64,000 bases of DNA from Epithemia pelagica (GCA_946965045.2 OX337229.1:6076001-6140000); one strand, 5' to 3'; counted from the stretch's first letter, positions 32,604 through 45,329 are shown. Numbers and translations are program-made. Notes: generated from the letters alone by a model not told the origin.

Positions 32604-35093
32604 TTATAGTTTTCGTCTTCGTTTCTTGGCGTCGTGTGTGAGCTGCTTTCGTGCCGCCCGTTTCTTGGATAATCCGCCCTTGCCTTTTCCTTTGGTTCTG
32701 GCATCCGAACTGTACTTGCTCATCAAAAAGTTTTTGGTCCTCTTCTTTTCCACGTTCGTGGCGCCTCCATCTCGTCCCTTGGCCTCAAACTTGGCTCGTC
32801 CGGCCAAGGTCCGTTCCAGTCGTTCGGCCTTGTTTTGTCGTTTGCGCTTGGCTTCCGCCATAATGTCCTCTGGATTCACTACACCAGCAATGTGCAAATT
32901 GTCTTCACCCACACTTGCATCGTCCGAGAGTTCGTCCACCTCCTCGCCTCGTGCAATGGCACGTTTCCGTCGAGCGGCTTCTCTGGGATCGCGTTTGGCT
33001 CGGTTTTCTCGTTCTACAAGTTTGCGCATCTTTGCAAAATCTCGAGCTGTAAAAATACGGGTCGATGAAATGTCTTGTTTCAATTTCTCTCGTTCCTCCG
33101 AAGACAATTTGGACAAATCCAATGCCTTCACTTCCTTTTTACTCTCGTCCACAGTATCAAGGTTGACGAGTGTAGGCGCTTCTTCATCCTCGCTGTCTGC
33201 TTCAATCATGTCTTCGTTCACGCTTCCGTCGTCGTCGTCGGTTTGGTCCCCTTCAGCTTCACTGGCATCGTCTCCAGCTTCTTCTACCCCACTAGCAACT
33301 TCTTGCCATGAACCTTGGCTTTCGTCGTCGTCATCATCATCATCATCATCATCACTAGCATCGTCACCTCTCGACTGTTTTCGTGCGGCTTTCTTGGCTT
33401 CGTATTCGGCAAGTAGATCGGCCCCTTCGACTCCCTGAGCTACTTTGGTCTGACCATATCGAAGAGGCTTGGTACCCGCCTTGTACAATGCTGTTCCCTG
33501 TAGACCACGAGCCTTGCCTTGCAAGAGACTGGGATAGGTTTCTCGAATAAAATTGGTCCACCCCTTGCCTGCAATGGACACACTTCGATCGCGATGATTG
33601 GCAAAGGCGGCCAAATCTCGAACATAGGCTTCAATATCCATGGCCGATTGTCCTTGTGATTCCTTGCTTTCTTCAATGGAGAGCACGGAGGGCACACGAG
33701 CACAAATGGCTCGAGCCGCATTGATTCCCACCGCCATTTGTTCCTCGGAGCATCGTTCCGCGATAAAGTTGTGAGCAATCGTCTTGAGAATGCCATAGAC
33801 TTCATCGGGAGGCACGTATTCATGACACGCCTGTACCGTGTACGCTAGAACGGCCGTTACATTTCGTTGATGACCTCCCATGTATTTTTGCAAAAAGGGA
33901 TAGAGTGGGAGAAGCAACAATTCATGATTGCCCACGAGACGAGTAATGAAATTCACCATGAGAATTTTGGTATCGTATTTGATAGATCCAGCATTGCGCA
34001 GTCGCTTAAACACTGCCTCGGCTAGCCCCTGTGGATCTCGGAGAAGTTCAATGGCCGGAAAGAGCTTTTTGGAAGCTTCCACACCTTTATCTTCGTCCGG
34101 CGAGATATCGGTCCATTCGGCCTCATCCTTTTTTCGAAGAGCCTTTTTGCGGTTCTTGAGTTGTCGTTCCACATGTCTGGCATGTGCTTTGGTCTTTTTG
34201 GAGAAACTGTGATAATCAATCGAGTTTTTGTGATCCATCATTTCTTGAGTCTTTTGTTTGTCATCTTCGGCCATTTTTTCTTCAATTCCCAAAAAGAAGC
34301 GAATGGCCCGACACATGACGTTGGTATTCTTGGATTCCACGGCCGATGCGACAATGGCCACAGCACGGTCATCCGTCCACACATGACGTCGATACAATTC
34401 ACAGACCATATCGGTGGCACGCTTGGCGGCCATGTCCGTGGCCGAATCTTCGGCCGCATCGACCGTCCCGTGCGTGGTCACGACACGATGCAAAAAGGAT
34501 TGAATGGAACGATTCACTTTTTCTTCTCGTTTGCCATTTTTGTTCAGATTTCGGATATCATTCACCATGTGTTTGTAGAGCTGTGTTCGGAGTCCCTTGT
34601 CCGGTATGGTCGACAGGATGCGAAAAAACGACTCGAGGAGTTGCAGTGGTTGTACGGCGCCCTTATTTCGCATGAGAATGAGCGCCGAGACACAGGTTTT
34701 TCGAACTTCTCGATGTAATTGAAGAGCTGCGGTAGGCATGGAGCTTACATTTGCAATGGAACTTGCTGTGGTTGTGGTTCCTTCTCCCATTCCAGTGGCC
34801 GATCCGACCAACAAACTCAAGAGAATTCGTGCAATTTTATCGGATCCCTCTCCCTTATAAGAGCTACTGGAAACGGCAGCTGCGAATTGAATCAGTTCAA
34901 TCAAACTTTTGGAAGGTTCTGTTCCGGGTTGAAGTGCCAAGAGGCCCAGTTCCGACTCGAGACGACGAATCTGTGCATCGTAATCCTCACGATACCCCTC
35001 TGGATCTCGTTTGCAGAGATTTTGCAATTGCGGTAATTTGAGCGTGACATTTACTTTGGTCCCCGCTCCGGTAGACTCTCCTGGACCTCCCAT
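32604..35093 (-). CDS. SDA1: SDA1 ribosome biogenesis protein
   Basis: LPQLQNLCKRDPEGY N-terminus, helical body, acidic insertion, basic C-terminus with GGATNVEKKRTKNF. Confidence 0.92.
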   Translation of the reverse strand: MGGPGESTGAGTKVNVTLKLPQLQNLCKRDPEGYREDYDAQIRRLESELGLLALQPGTEPSKSLIELIQFAAAVSSSSYKGEGSDKIARILLSLLVGSATGMGEGTTTTASSIANVSSMPTAALQLHREVRKTCVSALILMRNKGAVQPLQLLESFFRILSTIPDKGLRTQLYKHMVNDIRNLNKNGKREEKVNRSIQSFLHRVVTTHGTVDAAEDSATDMAAKRATDMVCELYRRHVWTDDRAVAIVASAVESKNTNVMCRAIRFFLGIEEKMAEDDKQKTQEMMDHKNSIDYHSFSKKTKAHARHVERQLKNRKKALRKKDEAEWTDISPDEDKGVEASKKLFPAIELLRDPQGLAEAVFKRLRNAGSIKYDTKILMVNFITRLVGNHELLLLPLYPFLQKYMGGHQRNVTAVLAYTVQACHEYVPPDEVYGILKTIAHNFIAERCSEEQMAVGINAARAICARVPSVLSIEESKESQGQSAMDIEAYVRDLAAFANHRDRSVSIAGKGWTNFIRETYPSLLQGKARGLQGTALYKAGTKPLRYGQTKVAQGVEGADLLAEYEAKKAARKQSRGDDASDDDDDDDDDDESQGSWQEVASGVEEAGDDASEAEGDQTDDDDGSVNEDMIEADSEDEEAPTLVNLDTVDESKKEVKALDLSKLSSEEREKLKQDISSTRIFTARDFAKMRKLVERENRAKRDPREAARRKRAIARGEEVDELSDDASVGEDNLHIAGVVNPEDIMAEAKRKRQNKAERLERTLAGRAKFEAKGRDGGATNVEKKRTKNFLMSKYSSDARTKGKGKGGLSKKRAARKQLTHDAKKRRRKL

Positions 35094-35462
35094 GACAAAT
35101 GTATTACGTGTAGTGGTGGATCTCAATCGACCAGGGACAATCGATTCTCTCCATTGCCAACAAGGGTGTTTTGTTGTCGGTCAAAATTTGTTTGGACGGA
35201 TGGTGGATGGTCAGAGGCCCATAACCCATTATAGCCTCATTCATAGCATGGGTAGCTAGATCAGAAGCTTTTATGGGGTCAAGTCGATGCTTGAGAATGA
35301 GTATGGAGGTATGATGAGGGAATGACAATACGAAGAGAGTCATACATTGGAATCGAACGCCTGAAGAATTATAGATGTTCTACAATAGTGCCTATTCTAG
35401 AAAGAGAATGACCCACGTGTTCTGGCATGACCCACCACACCATCACCAACAACAAGAAGCAT

Positions 35463-37614
35463 TCACGATCGCAATCGTGCATTGAGATGATGCGCCATGC
35501 GTTCAATGGCTTCGGATTCCGTTTCTTCCGTTTCCATGGGACATGCGTACGACAAGATGACTCGCAAGGCCAATTGACACAAGACTCCGGCCAACCCCAT
35601 GGAGGCCAATTGGGCGGGATCCGTCATGTATTGCGAGACGGTGGCAATAAATCCAATCAAACACACTCTCAAGGCAATACTTGTGGCGGCCACCCATTGG
35701 GCCACTCGTTTTTCCTGGTGTTGTTCGTGCAATCGTCTCAACCAGGCCTGGGTGCCACCATGAGCAAGAATAGTGACATCCAAACAAAACCATACCAACG
35801 CCATGCTGCCACTAAAAAAGTGCGCAATTCGTTGTTGTCGATCCTCCGTTTCAAATCGCAAGGCCGAACTTGTGGATCCGGCCAAGAATCGTTCTTGCAA
35901 CAAGACCCACAAGTTTCGATGTGAATCTTCGTTTTCTTTTTCTTTGGCCAGATCGGCAAAGACAAATTCAAACAAGAACATTTTGTACGAGGTTCCCAAG
36001 ACAATGAGAGCGGCCGAATAGACCCACATGGCGAGGGTGAAAATGAGGGCAGCATCGCGGGACCGACGCAGGGCATGATTGTCGGGATTGTGTGGTTGCG
36101 ACCGAAAATGCAAAAATTCGAGGAGAATCACGGTCAGGAATCCGGAAAAAAAGGTTTGGTAGTACTCGTAACCTTCACTCAGGTCGACAATGAGCAAACT
36201 CAAGACACTGCAACAAGGAGCCATATATAGAGAGGAGATTCAATAGCGCTGAGACATTGCACCCAATGCAATCACAGTAGAAAAACATGCACCCCAGTGC
36301 GTACCTTTCTCCCAGAAGGAGCATGGTCCACTCGCCATAGCGATGGATGCAATAGTCAATGTTCATGGGCACCGTATACCTAGTATTCATAGAGAATCAA
36401 ACAATACAAATGAGCGACGCTTGTTTTGTTTTTGTTGCCGTTTGGGGACTCTGTTCTCTTCCATATGTGGTCATTGTAATACGTACTTTGTAAAATTGGC
36501 CGATACGGACGGTCGGGCAAAGACAAAGAGAACAAAAATACTCATAACCAACAGGCTGGCCATGGGCCCTGCCAGGGAAAGCCAAATGGCAATGTCGTCG
36601 TCGTCGTCATGTTGTGGTTCCGTCGTTTCGGCCACGATCCGGTGATACGACGAGTCGGTCTTTTGCTCGTGGTCTGGATGATTCTCGTCATTGTCATTGT
36701 TGCCGTAATATTCCAGGCCGGCATAGGTGGCCGATGCCACGGCCAACAAAAAGGAGGGACCACCCCAGATCAAATCGCGTTGGGTGGCATGGTAGGCTTC
36801 GGGAAACAATCCCTGAGTGTGAAACACGTGTTGACACAGCATGACTTCGGCCGATCGCAACAAATTGAGCAAGACGGCGAGGGCAATGCTGACACTGTAG
36901 GCAAACATGTCAAACTGATGAGCCAGTGCCGACAAAATGGGCACGGTCCGAATGTGCAACACGGCCGTGGCCAAGGGCAAGAGAGTGGCCACTTCATAGA
37001 GTCGATGAAAAATGTCGGGCACGACGTAAAAGCGGGACGCATACATCATTTTTTGCGTCCAAATATTCAAAATGGGAACAAAACAACCGGCCAAGTACAA
37101 GAGGCCTCGGGCACTGGGATCTTCTCGCAACAAATTGCCCAAATTGTCTAATAGCAGTAGTAGTGAGAATAGTAGAGGAGTGTAAGAATAAAAGAACAAC
37201 AACAATGGAACCATGACAGGACGTGAAATGAGAGAGCGAGATGCATGAGACACAAAAAACCAGGACGGTATATATATATTCGAGAAAACCTGCAGACTTA
37301 CAGGCAGCCGCAACATAGAACAAGTCAAAAAAGATATCTCCCCATTCCGTATGGGGAGCATGTTGATGATCAGACCATCGTTGTCGTTGTCGGGGAGGAC
37401 GATAAAACGGAAGACTGCCATGATTCTCCTCGTGATGATGATGATGGTGATGATGGTGGTGGTGATGATGGTGGGAACGGCGATTCTTGTTCGACCGATG
37501 AGTCATGATGGTGGTGGTGGTTGTGGGAGTTTGGTCCTCGTTGTCGTTGGGAGACTTTATCATCATACTTGTGGCAGGTTCGTTATCGAGACTTGGTGGC
37601 TGTTGCGACGCCAT
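35463..37614 (-). CDS. LtrA-like multi-pass membrane protein with His-rich N-terminus, 4 exons
   Basis: EWGDIFFDLFYVAAAY and HRYGEWTMLLLGESVLSLL. Inferred exons 37614-37302, 37147-36487, 36379-36305, 36207-35463. Confidence 0.8.
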
Positions 37615-38124
37615 ACTAGTGTCTTCTCTTGTTTCCTGTCATCCAGGCTTACCATGGGAAGTAACGACTGACCGGCATTCGAGGTTCAAAGTCCATCGTA
37701 TGAGGCTGCCTGATGATGATTGATTTTGGTATTCGCTCATTGTGCCGCCATATCCATATGCGTGTGTGGATGGTGTGTCTGTCCGGGTTCCACCATGACG
37801 GAATTTGAGTCCCGCTCTAATTGTCCTTTTGATGTCTCAATGAAAACGCGACCAAAAGTCCCTTCAGTCGCGGATGTCACAACCACCAAACGTGGCCATG
37901 ATGTCCGCCCGTTCGTATCCATCACGACCACGCCACAACAGAATCTAAGAAGCTTTTCGGCAGAGGCGTGACCATCCCGATTGTATCATCAACATACACC
38001 ATTCAAAATCAGGAGGAGTAACAGCAATAGCTATCCACAAGCAAAAGAGAGATTATTCTGGTCGACCAACAAGAACCATCAAACAACCGAACATCATCAT
38101 CATTCATCCTCATTCATCCGTATC

Positions 38125-40194
38125 ATGCCTCGTTCGTTGTCGTCGTCGGTGTGGTCATGGGCGCAACGAGTACGAACCGTGGTGCAATCCCCTCCTCGAT
38201 GGGTACTGGGTGTGGTGGTGGCGACACCGGTCTTGGGCTTTATGCAAGGGACGGCCTTGTTGTTGGATTATCGCAAACACTATCTCAATGTTCCCTATCC
38301 ACTCTCTCCCAGTCAAGGCTTGGTGGTGGCCGTCGACGAACGAACACATAAAAACAAAACGACCAAACAAACGCCAGAATCGTCATCATCATCCCATTCT
38401 CATCGACAAGGACAAGAACGAAAACAACCCTTGTATTCTTCCTTGGCTCAATTTTTGCAATCCCATCATGGTGGTACCAATGGTCGTGGTCGTTCTCCCC
38501 CCACGCCCCTTCGGTTGCTCGTGATTGGTGATTCGTTGGCGGCCGGAGTGGGTGTCATGCAAGGTGCCACACCGGTCCTGCCGGAAAGTATTGCGCGCAC
38601 CTTGTCGCAACACTTTAATGGACGACCCGTCTATTGGACCTGTATTGGCCGTCCGGGAGCCTTGTTGCCCGAAATTTTGCACAAGATTGAAACGCATACA
38701 TCACAACAACACTACGACAATGACAATGACAAGGACGAACTCAACACGACGACAACGCACAAGGTCTTGTTGTGGAATCCCATTACCGTCGTGGGACCAC
38801 CGACGGTCAAGGAACGCTTGTTTCATCGCATGTATTGCATTGAAGAATGGTGGAAGAATCGAAAATTACAACCAGCACAACGACAACGACATCAAGAGCC
38901 ACAACCACCAATCTCCAGGGACCAGGAGGAGGCGGCAACTTCCAATCTGCAGAAAGATCCTCCCAAGAGCAATCCAATTCTCCAGTGGTGGAGCCTCCTT
39001 CGCGAAGATGCTCGTACCTTTGTCAAGGCGTGCCAAGGAGAATTGGAAGACGACGACGATGATGACGATGACGATTTGTTGTTGGAGGGCCAGGACAAGG
39101 GCGAACCAAATGCCTCCCAATCATCCTCCTCCTCGCTCCCCCATCGATCTGCGGTATGGAAACGACGACGGTTACAGCGACGCTTGTCGTCTCGTCAATG
39201 GGAGGAATTGTCCATGCAGGGCGACTATTATGACATTGCCGTCGTCTTGACGGGTCCCAATGACTTGAAACATGTCTGGTTGCCCTTCATGTTTCGTCAT
39301 TCGTCTACGGGAGAGGATGATGATGGAAAGACAGTTCCCGAACGGTTGCAAAAGGTCGTGCAAGCCCTTCGAGCGCGCATGAAATCGCCCCTGCGGAACC
39401 CATCCAGAAATACAAATACTACGACGGCAGCCAACGACAACCATGCAACAAGCACCACAACTGAAAGTGAGACCGACGATAAGAGCGATACTCGTTCCAC
39501 CAAAGTTGCGACGACTGGTATATGTGAGACAAGAGGCTCGACAATGCATCCACCAACTAGCGCCCGACCATTGGTGGTCTTTCCCGCGGCTCCGATTGCC
39601 TTGGTGCCGCAGCTTCGATCGGTACCCATGCGCTGGTTTGTCTTTGCCATTTTCAATCGTTTGGAAAATACCAAGAAACAATTGGCGGAACAATATCCGG
39701 GTGAAATTGTCTTTGTCGAATCGCCGCCCGTTGAACTCTTTTCAGCCGTCCAAGAGGGCAAGGGGGAATTGTATGAAGATATTCAAGCCCAAGAAGTTTT
39801 GCTCAAACTCACCAGTGTCACACGACGCTTTCAAGAACAATTTGATGCCAAAATCAAGGAATATCGGGACAAGTGGGCCCAACGAATTCAACGACAAGCA
39901 CGACGTCGTGCCAAGGACACAACGGCCGGCTCTCCGGAGGGTACGGATACTACCGACAATAATGACGACGATGATGATGACGACGAGGACAATGAGGAAT
40001 CGGGTGGATACAATCATCCCGATGAATTTTATCCCGATTATGACAAGACCAAATCCCTCAAAGCACTGTCCATCCTGTCCTTGGATCAATTGCATCCCAG
40101 TGATGAAGGATATGAGATTTGGGGACGGCACATTGCCAGTACCGTCCTCAAGCATTGGAATCCAACCTCCGATGAGAGTGAAAGTGATGGGTAA
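38125..40194 (+). CDS. SGNH/GDSL-like hydrolase
   Basis: LLVIGDSLAAGVG (block I), VVLTGPNDL (block III), DQLHPSDEGY (block V). Confidence 0.85.
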   Translation: MPRSLSSSVWSWAQRVRTVVQSPPRWVLGVVVATPVLGFMQGTALLLDYRKHYLNVPYPLSPSQGLVVAVDERTHKNKTTKQTPESSSSSHSHRQGQERKQPLYSSLAQFLQSHHGGTNGRGRSPPTPLRLLVIGDSLAAGVGVMQGATPVLPESIARTLSQHFNGRPVYWTCIGRPGALLPEILHKIETHTSQQHYDNDNDKDELNTTTTHKVLLWNPITVVGPPTVKERLFHRMYCIEEWWKNRKLQPAQRQRHQEPQPPISRDQEEAATSNLQKDPPKSNPILQWWSLLREDARTFVKACQGELEDDDDDDDDDLLLEGQDKGEPNASQSSSSSLPHRSAVWKRRRLQRRLSSRQWEELSMQGDYYDIAVVLTGPNDLKHVWLPFMFRHSSTGEDDDGKTVPERLQKVVQALRARMKSPLRNPSRNTNTTTAANDNHATSTTTESETDDKSDTRSTKVATTGICETRGSTMHPPTSARPLVVFPAAPIALVPQLRSVPMRWFVFAIFNRLENTKKQLAEQYPGEIVFVESPPVELFSAVQEGKGELYEDIQAQEVLLKLTSVTRRFQEQFDAKIKEYRDKWAQRIQRQARRRAKDTTAGSPEGTDTTDNNDDDDDDDEDNEESGGYNHPDEFYPDYDKTKSLKALSILSLDQLHPSDEGYEIWGRHIASTVLKHWNPTSDESESDG

Positions 40195-40918
40195 TTGACC
40201 GAATAACAACACGGACGGAATCCACTGCTCACGGACTGCGTCCGATTCGGTTGCCAGCGGATCATCTGTGCTGGATATAGCATTCTGGAGCGATTTGTAT
40301 AAGATTGGAAATTGCACTCGCTTTGAAACCGCGCTATCATACGCCAAGTGTCAAGGGCATGAGATATCGGGTAAGCAACCTTGGCAAAAAACGGATTGAA
40401 TGGAGAGCCACGAGTTCTTCTTCTTCTTCTCTGGCTGGTATGTTGTGTAATATGCTGTGTCACGGATACCCAGTCTCGGACCACCCACGGATATGTTATG
40501 TGCATTTCATCATCATGTCGTTGGCTCTCTCATATGGGCTTTGTGGATATCTATATCTATGGGGTCTCATCACTCACCATCTCATTCGTCCTCAATGGAA
40601 CAAATACCTCTATAGTCTACAAGCCGTGGATGATGTTTGCATCAAGGGGTCGCATATGAGACGCTTTTATGGAACACGTGTACCTACGTGGAAAATTTCA
40701 CTCGGAAGCTCATCATCGATTCGTCCCCCAATTTTTTTGGCATGGAGGGACAGCAAACGCCGTCGCATCATTGATGTGGGTGTCAATGTCAGAATCACAA
40801 ACAAGACAGTCCAAATCCATTCGGATCTTGTCACCGAAGAAACCAACCACTCGAGTATTGTTTCATAATATCCAGTCAGGGTGGCTTTGAATGTTGACAA
40901 ACAAGCACACACAGTATC

Positions 40919-42648
40919 ATGTTGGAATTCCAGTCCGAAGTCTTTAACGTACAAGTGTTGGGACCGTCGTCGTCCGATGCGGCTGCCGAAATCTTGACCA
41001 AGGATGCTCTACGATTGATCGGTCATTTGCATGTCCAGTTTGATGGTCGTCGCAAGGCCTTGTTGGAAGCCCGCAAGTGTCAAGCCACCTTGTTGGATGT
41101 GGGTCAAACACCCCACTTTCTTTCCGACGATCATCCCTCCAAGGAACCCACGTGGAAGTGCGCATCCATTCCACCCGACATTCAAGATCGACGGGTCGAA
41201 ATTACGGGTCCGGTCGACCGCAAAATGGTCATTAATGGTTTGAACAGTGGTGCCAATGTGTACATGGCCGACTTTGAAGATTCCACCAGTCCCACGTGGA
41301 CCAATATTGTGCAAGGGCAAGTAAATTTACGAGACGCTGTTCAAGGAACGATTGAGTATACCAATCCGACGAATGGCAAGGAATACAAGCTCAAGGAAAC
41401 GACGGCCGTCTTGTTTGTTCGTCCGCGAGGCTGGCATTTGGACGAAGCTCATATCCATGTCAATGGCAGTGTCGTATCCGGCTCCTTGGTCGATTTTGCG
41501 CTCTACTTTTATCACAATGCCGCACGGCTTGTGGCCAAGGGATCCCGTCCGTACTTTTATCTACCCAAACTGGAATCGCACAAGGAAGCCGCCTTGTGGA
41601 ATGATGTCTTTTGTGCGGCGCAACAATTTCTCGGTGTTCCGTTGGGAACGATTCGCGCCACGGTCCTGTTGGAAACCATTACGGCTGCCTTTGAAATGGA
41701 GGCCATTTTGTACGAGTTGCGTCATCATTCGCTTGGTTTGAATTGTGGTCGTTGGGATTACTTGTTTTCCTACATTAAAAAATTCAAGCATCATACCGAC
41801 AAGATTGCCCCCGATCGACGTCACTTGACCATGACAACACCACTCATGCAAGCCTATGTCCACAAATTGATTGCCACGTGTCACCAACGAGGGACCTTTG
41901 CCATGGGAGGTATGTCGGCTGCCATTCCCATTCGACATGATCCGGAAGCGAATGCCATTGCCATGCACAATGTCGAACAAGACAAGTTGCGCGAAGTTCA
42001 AGCGGGGGTAAGTTGTGTTGCTACTATCCTGTAGAAACGGGTATACCTGCTCTCACAATGTTGCTCGTGTGTGTTCATTGTTGGCTCCCATAGCACGATG
42101 GTACCTGGGTGGCCCATCCCGACTTGGTGCGTGTGGCCAAGGATGTGTTTGACACGCACATGAAGAAGGGGCCGAATCAGATTGACACCAATCCAGGAAC
42201 TGTCCAAGGAAGCACCATTGGAGAAGAGGACTTGCTACGATTGCCCGAAATTGCTGCGGGCGAGGCCATTACCAGTGCCGGTTTGGACAAGGGCATTAGT
42301 ATTGTCTTGGCCTATACCGAGGCGTGGTTACGAGGGGTGGGTTGTATCCCTCTGTACAATTCCATGGAAGATGCGGCGACGGCCGAAATTAGTCGCGCGC
42401 AAATTTGGCAATGGCGGGTCCACGGTGTCTTGACCCAAGACGATGGACAAGTGATTACTGGATCTCGCATTTCGTCACTGATTGGAGAACATGTTTCGCG
42501 AAATAACCAGAATTCCAAGCAAGGAGGAGATGGCAAATGGATCTTGGCGGGCAAACTGGTGAATGACATGCTCAATGCTCCAGTCATGGACGACTTTTTG
42601 ACAAGTGTTTGTTACCCCTACATTGTGCAAACGTGCGACGACGACTGA
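40919..42648 (+). CDS. MS: Malate synthase (A-type), intron 42008-42093
   Basis: DRRVEITGP, MADFEDS, VRPRGWH, YFYLPKLE, GLNCGRWDY. Splicing gives REVQAG|HDGTWVAHP. LMEDAATAEISRAQIWQW-type motif in exon 2. Confidence 0.96.
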
Positions 42649-42942
42649 GACTTGTGTGTTTGTGGAATGGTGTATCATTGTATACGATGGGATCCATAAT
42701 ATACTAGGAGAACTTTAGTTTCATTTTGCTTTCCTCCAGTCTCTGTATATAGAGCTATAGATACACGGTAGCTTTCTCCTTTCCAGACATAGCAACGCCT
42801 CAATGAGGGACCCCAAAATTTGAAGGACCAACTGCGACCACCGCCCCCAACATGGGCGTCACCAATCCCCAAACTTCTGTTCTCCCCCATTCTCGCAAGT
42901 ACGTGTTCTTTGTTTCCGACGGCTTCAACATAATAGACAGAG

Positions 42943-43683
42943 ATGACCATGACGATGAGGCTGATTCACACATTGATTCTCTGCAATGTGGTACAATTGG
43001 TGCCAGGGTTTGTCTTGACAGCCAGTGGCTCCACGCCATCCAAAAGTGTCTCATCATCGGCGCTCTTTGCTTCCACGTCGGAACCAGTGACGGACGATCT
43101 ACTGAAACCAACCTACGAGATTGAAAAGATACCCCTCCGCATTGGACATGGGTTTGACATTCACCGCATGGCTCCTATTGAGGAAGCGGGACAACCCGTT
43201 GTCATTGGTGGAGTCGTGATTGATCATAAACCATTGAAATGGACCGATGCCGAAGGCAAATATGTCGAAAAGGGTGGCATTTACGAGAGTGAATTGGGTG
43301 TGGTAGCCCACAGCGATGGGGATGTGATTTATCATTCCATTGTCGATGCCATTTTTGGAGCACTGACCTTACCAGATATTGGCCAAGTGTTTCAAGATAC
43401 GGATCCGCGATGGAAAGGATGCGATAGTAGTAAATTCATGGAACATGCACTGGAGGTGATGAAAGGCCATGGTTACCGAATTGGTAATATTGACGTGACA
43501 TTGATCCTGGAACGTCCCAAAGTTGCTTCCTTCAAGCCTCAAATGAAGGAGAATATTGTAAGCTTACTGGAAACAACGCCTGGACGAGTGAATATCAAGG
43601 CTCGAACGCATGAACGAGTAGATTCGGTGGGAGAGCTTCGAAGTTTGTCGTGTCACGTTGTTGTAACACTGGAATTGGCATAG
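42943..43683 (+). CDS. ispF: 2-C-methyl-D-erythritol 2,4-cyclodiphosphate synthase, plastid-targeted
   Basis: RIGHGFDIHR, HSDGDVIYHSIVDAIFGA, PDIGQVF, NIKART. Signal peptide ending VPG|F. Confidence 0.96.
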   Translation: MTMTMRLIHTLILCNVVQLVPGFVLTASGSTPSKSVSSSALFASTSEPVTDDLLKPTYEIEKIPLRIGHGFDIHRMAPIEEAGQPVVIGGVVIDHKPLKWTDAEGKYVEKGGIYESELGVVAHSDGDVIYHSIVDAIFGALTLPDIGQVFQDTDPRWKGCDSSKFMEHALEVMKGHGYRIGNIDVTLILERPKVASFKPQMKENIVSLLETTPGRVNIKARTHERVDSVGELRSLSCHVVVTLELA

Positions 43684-44072
43684 ACTTTGGAGCAACTACA
43701 CTCCAGACGAATTTGTAGAGTGATCCATTTTTACTATAGGATTGGAAGCACAGTGTTACGGACTCGTAGAGATAACAGATCCACGGATATCTTGTTTTGT
43801 AAACGCCTTGTTCCTTTTGACAGTCTAAACCAATCGCTGATACTGACAGAGGTCTGTCTGGTTACTTTTTATTCTACACACATTGTCACAAACTTCGAGA
43901 CTTGGTTGTTCTTCAGACCAGGTTCTGTACTACTACTATACACAGTTTGCCCCGCATCATACACTTCAAAGGGATCGCAGTATGCCACGACACGGTCGAA
44001 ATCGCAACGAGAGACCTGCAGAGTTTTACAGCGATTCTCGTTGCTTGGAATCCCCTCGTGTCGTCCATTTTC

Positions 44073-45329
44073 TTACTCGGCTTCTTCGGCCGATTCCTGG
44101 TCCTCGTCGGGGGCATCACCGCCCACAGTCGATGACGACGAGGAAAGCGCGGAAGGATAGATGCGATCCCACAATTCATTGAGCATGTGTATGGCGGCAC
44201 TATTGTTGGAGACCCAGACCAAAAATTTGGCCGCCTGGGTCGGTGACAAGACATTGCGCACATTGTTGAATTCGGTTTCCAAATCTTCTCCTGTTTGCGC
44301 CAAGCGTTCCCGCAACTCCTTCACGACTCCCAGGGCCTGTTCAAAACAGGCATCCATTTCCTTGGCCACAAAGCGACTATCTTTGAGGGCGGCGGCTTGT
44401 TCCGGTGTCACATTCAGGCGATTGACCAAGGTTTGAAAGAGCACTTTGGGTTCCAAATTGGGATTGGGAGTCGTGGCTTCCTCCATGTCCGGTGTGGTGT
44501 TGTCAGTAGCACTTGCACGACTGGGGCGTGCTTCCATCATGGCATCCGGTGCAGCGGTTGTCGTTGTTGTCGTCGTCGTACTAGTACTACTACTCGATTC
44601 CGAGGCATGTTGCGATCCACCTTGAATGGCTCGCATGACAACCGAAGTGGTTTGCGTGGGCATGAGTAGCCGTTCGACATTGCGCAAATGAAATTCAATG
44701 GCCGATCGTCGATCGCGTCCATAATCGGCATACTTTTCCTTGAAGGATTCGAGGGCGGCATAAATTTCCGCTTCCGAGGCTCCTGATTTTAACAGGGCAT
44801 CAATTTCTTCCGTCAATTTGGTTTGATCCTTTTCCATGGATTCTTCTGCCTCTTGTCCAATTTGCAATTGGAGACGGAGTCGTAAATTTTCGCCTTCCAA
44901 GACATTGATTTCGCGTTGCAAGTTTTCCGTCGCTTCGCGTTTCCGACGACGGCATTCGCGGGCCGACACACGATTTTTGGCCAATCGACGCAACTTTTTT
45001 TCCGACAATTGATTGCCATCCTTGTCGGTGGTCGTATGGGGTCGTTTGGCGTTGTTGTTGGTGGTTGTAGTCGTAGCAACCGGAGCCGCATCGGGACGTT
45101 CGGGAGAGGCTTCTTCCGACGCTGGATGAAGGGACAATCCCACGGAATGTGAGGTCGCTGCATGGTGTTGTTGCTGGGGTTGTGGTGGTTGCTGCTGCTG
45201 CGGATGGGGCACGGCGGTATGCGACATGATTTCAGCATGATGATGATGATGACTGGTACTCCCTGAAGTGGGTCCTTTCAGTGGATTGGCGACAGGAATT
45301 GCTTTGTTTCCCTCCACGACATCTGCCAT
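44073..45329 (-). CDS. bZIP transcription factor
   Basis: KKLRRLAKNRVSARECRRRKR basic region plus Leu zipper. First plausible ATG at 45329. Confidence 0.88.
   Translation of the reverse strand: MADVVEGNKAIPVANPLKGPTSGSTSHHHHHAEIMSHTAVPHPQQQQPPQPQQQHHAATSHSVGLSLHPASEEASPERPDAAPVATTTTTNNNAKRPHTTTDKDGNQLSEKKLRRLAKNRVSARECRRRKREATENLQREINVLEGENLRLRLQLQIGQEAEESMEKDQTKLTEEIDALLKSGASEAEIYAALESFKEKYADYGRDRRSAIEFHLRNVERLLMPTQTTSVVMRAIQGGSQHASESSSSTSTTTTTTTTAAPDAMMEARPSRASATDNTTPDMEEATTPNPNLEPKVLFQTLVNRLNVTPEQAAALKDSRFVAKEMDACFEQALGVVKELRERLAQTGEDLETEFNNVRNVLSPTQAAKFLVWVSNNSAAIHMLNELWDRIYPSALSSSSSTVGGDAPDEDQESAEEAE

Noticed and set aside
40305-40954. ORFs 40305-40868 (+) and 40667-40954 (-)
   Set aside because: No motifs, intergenic-like composition, and one overlaps the malate synthase start.
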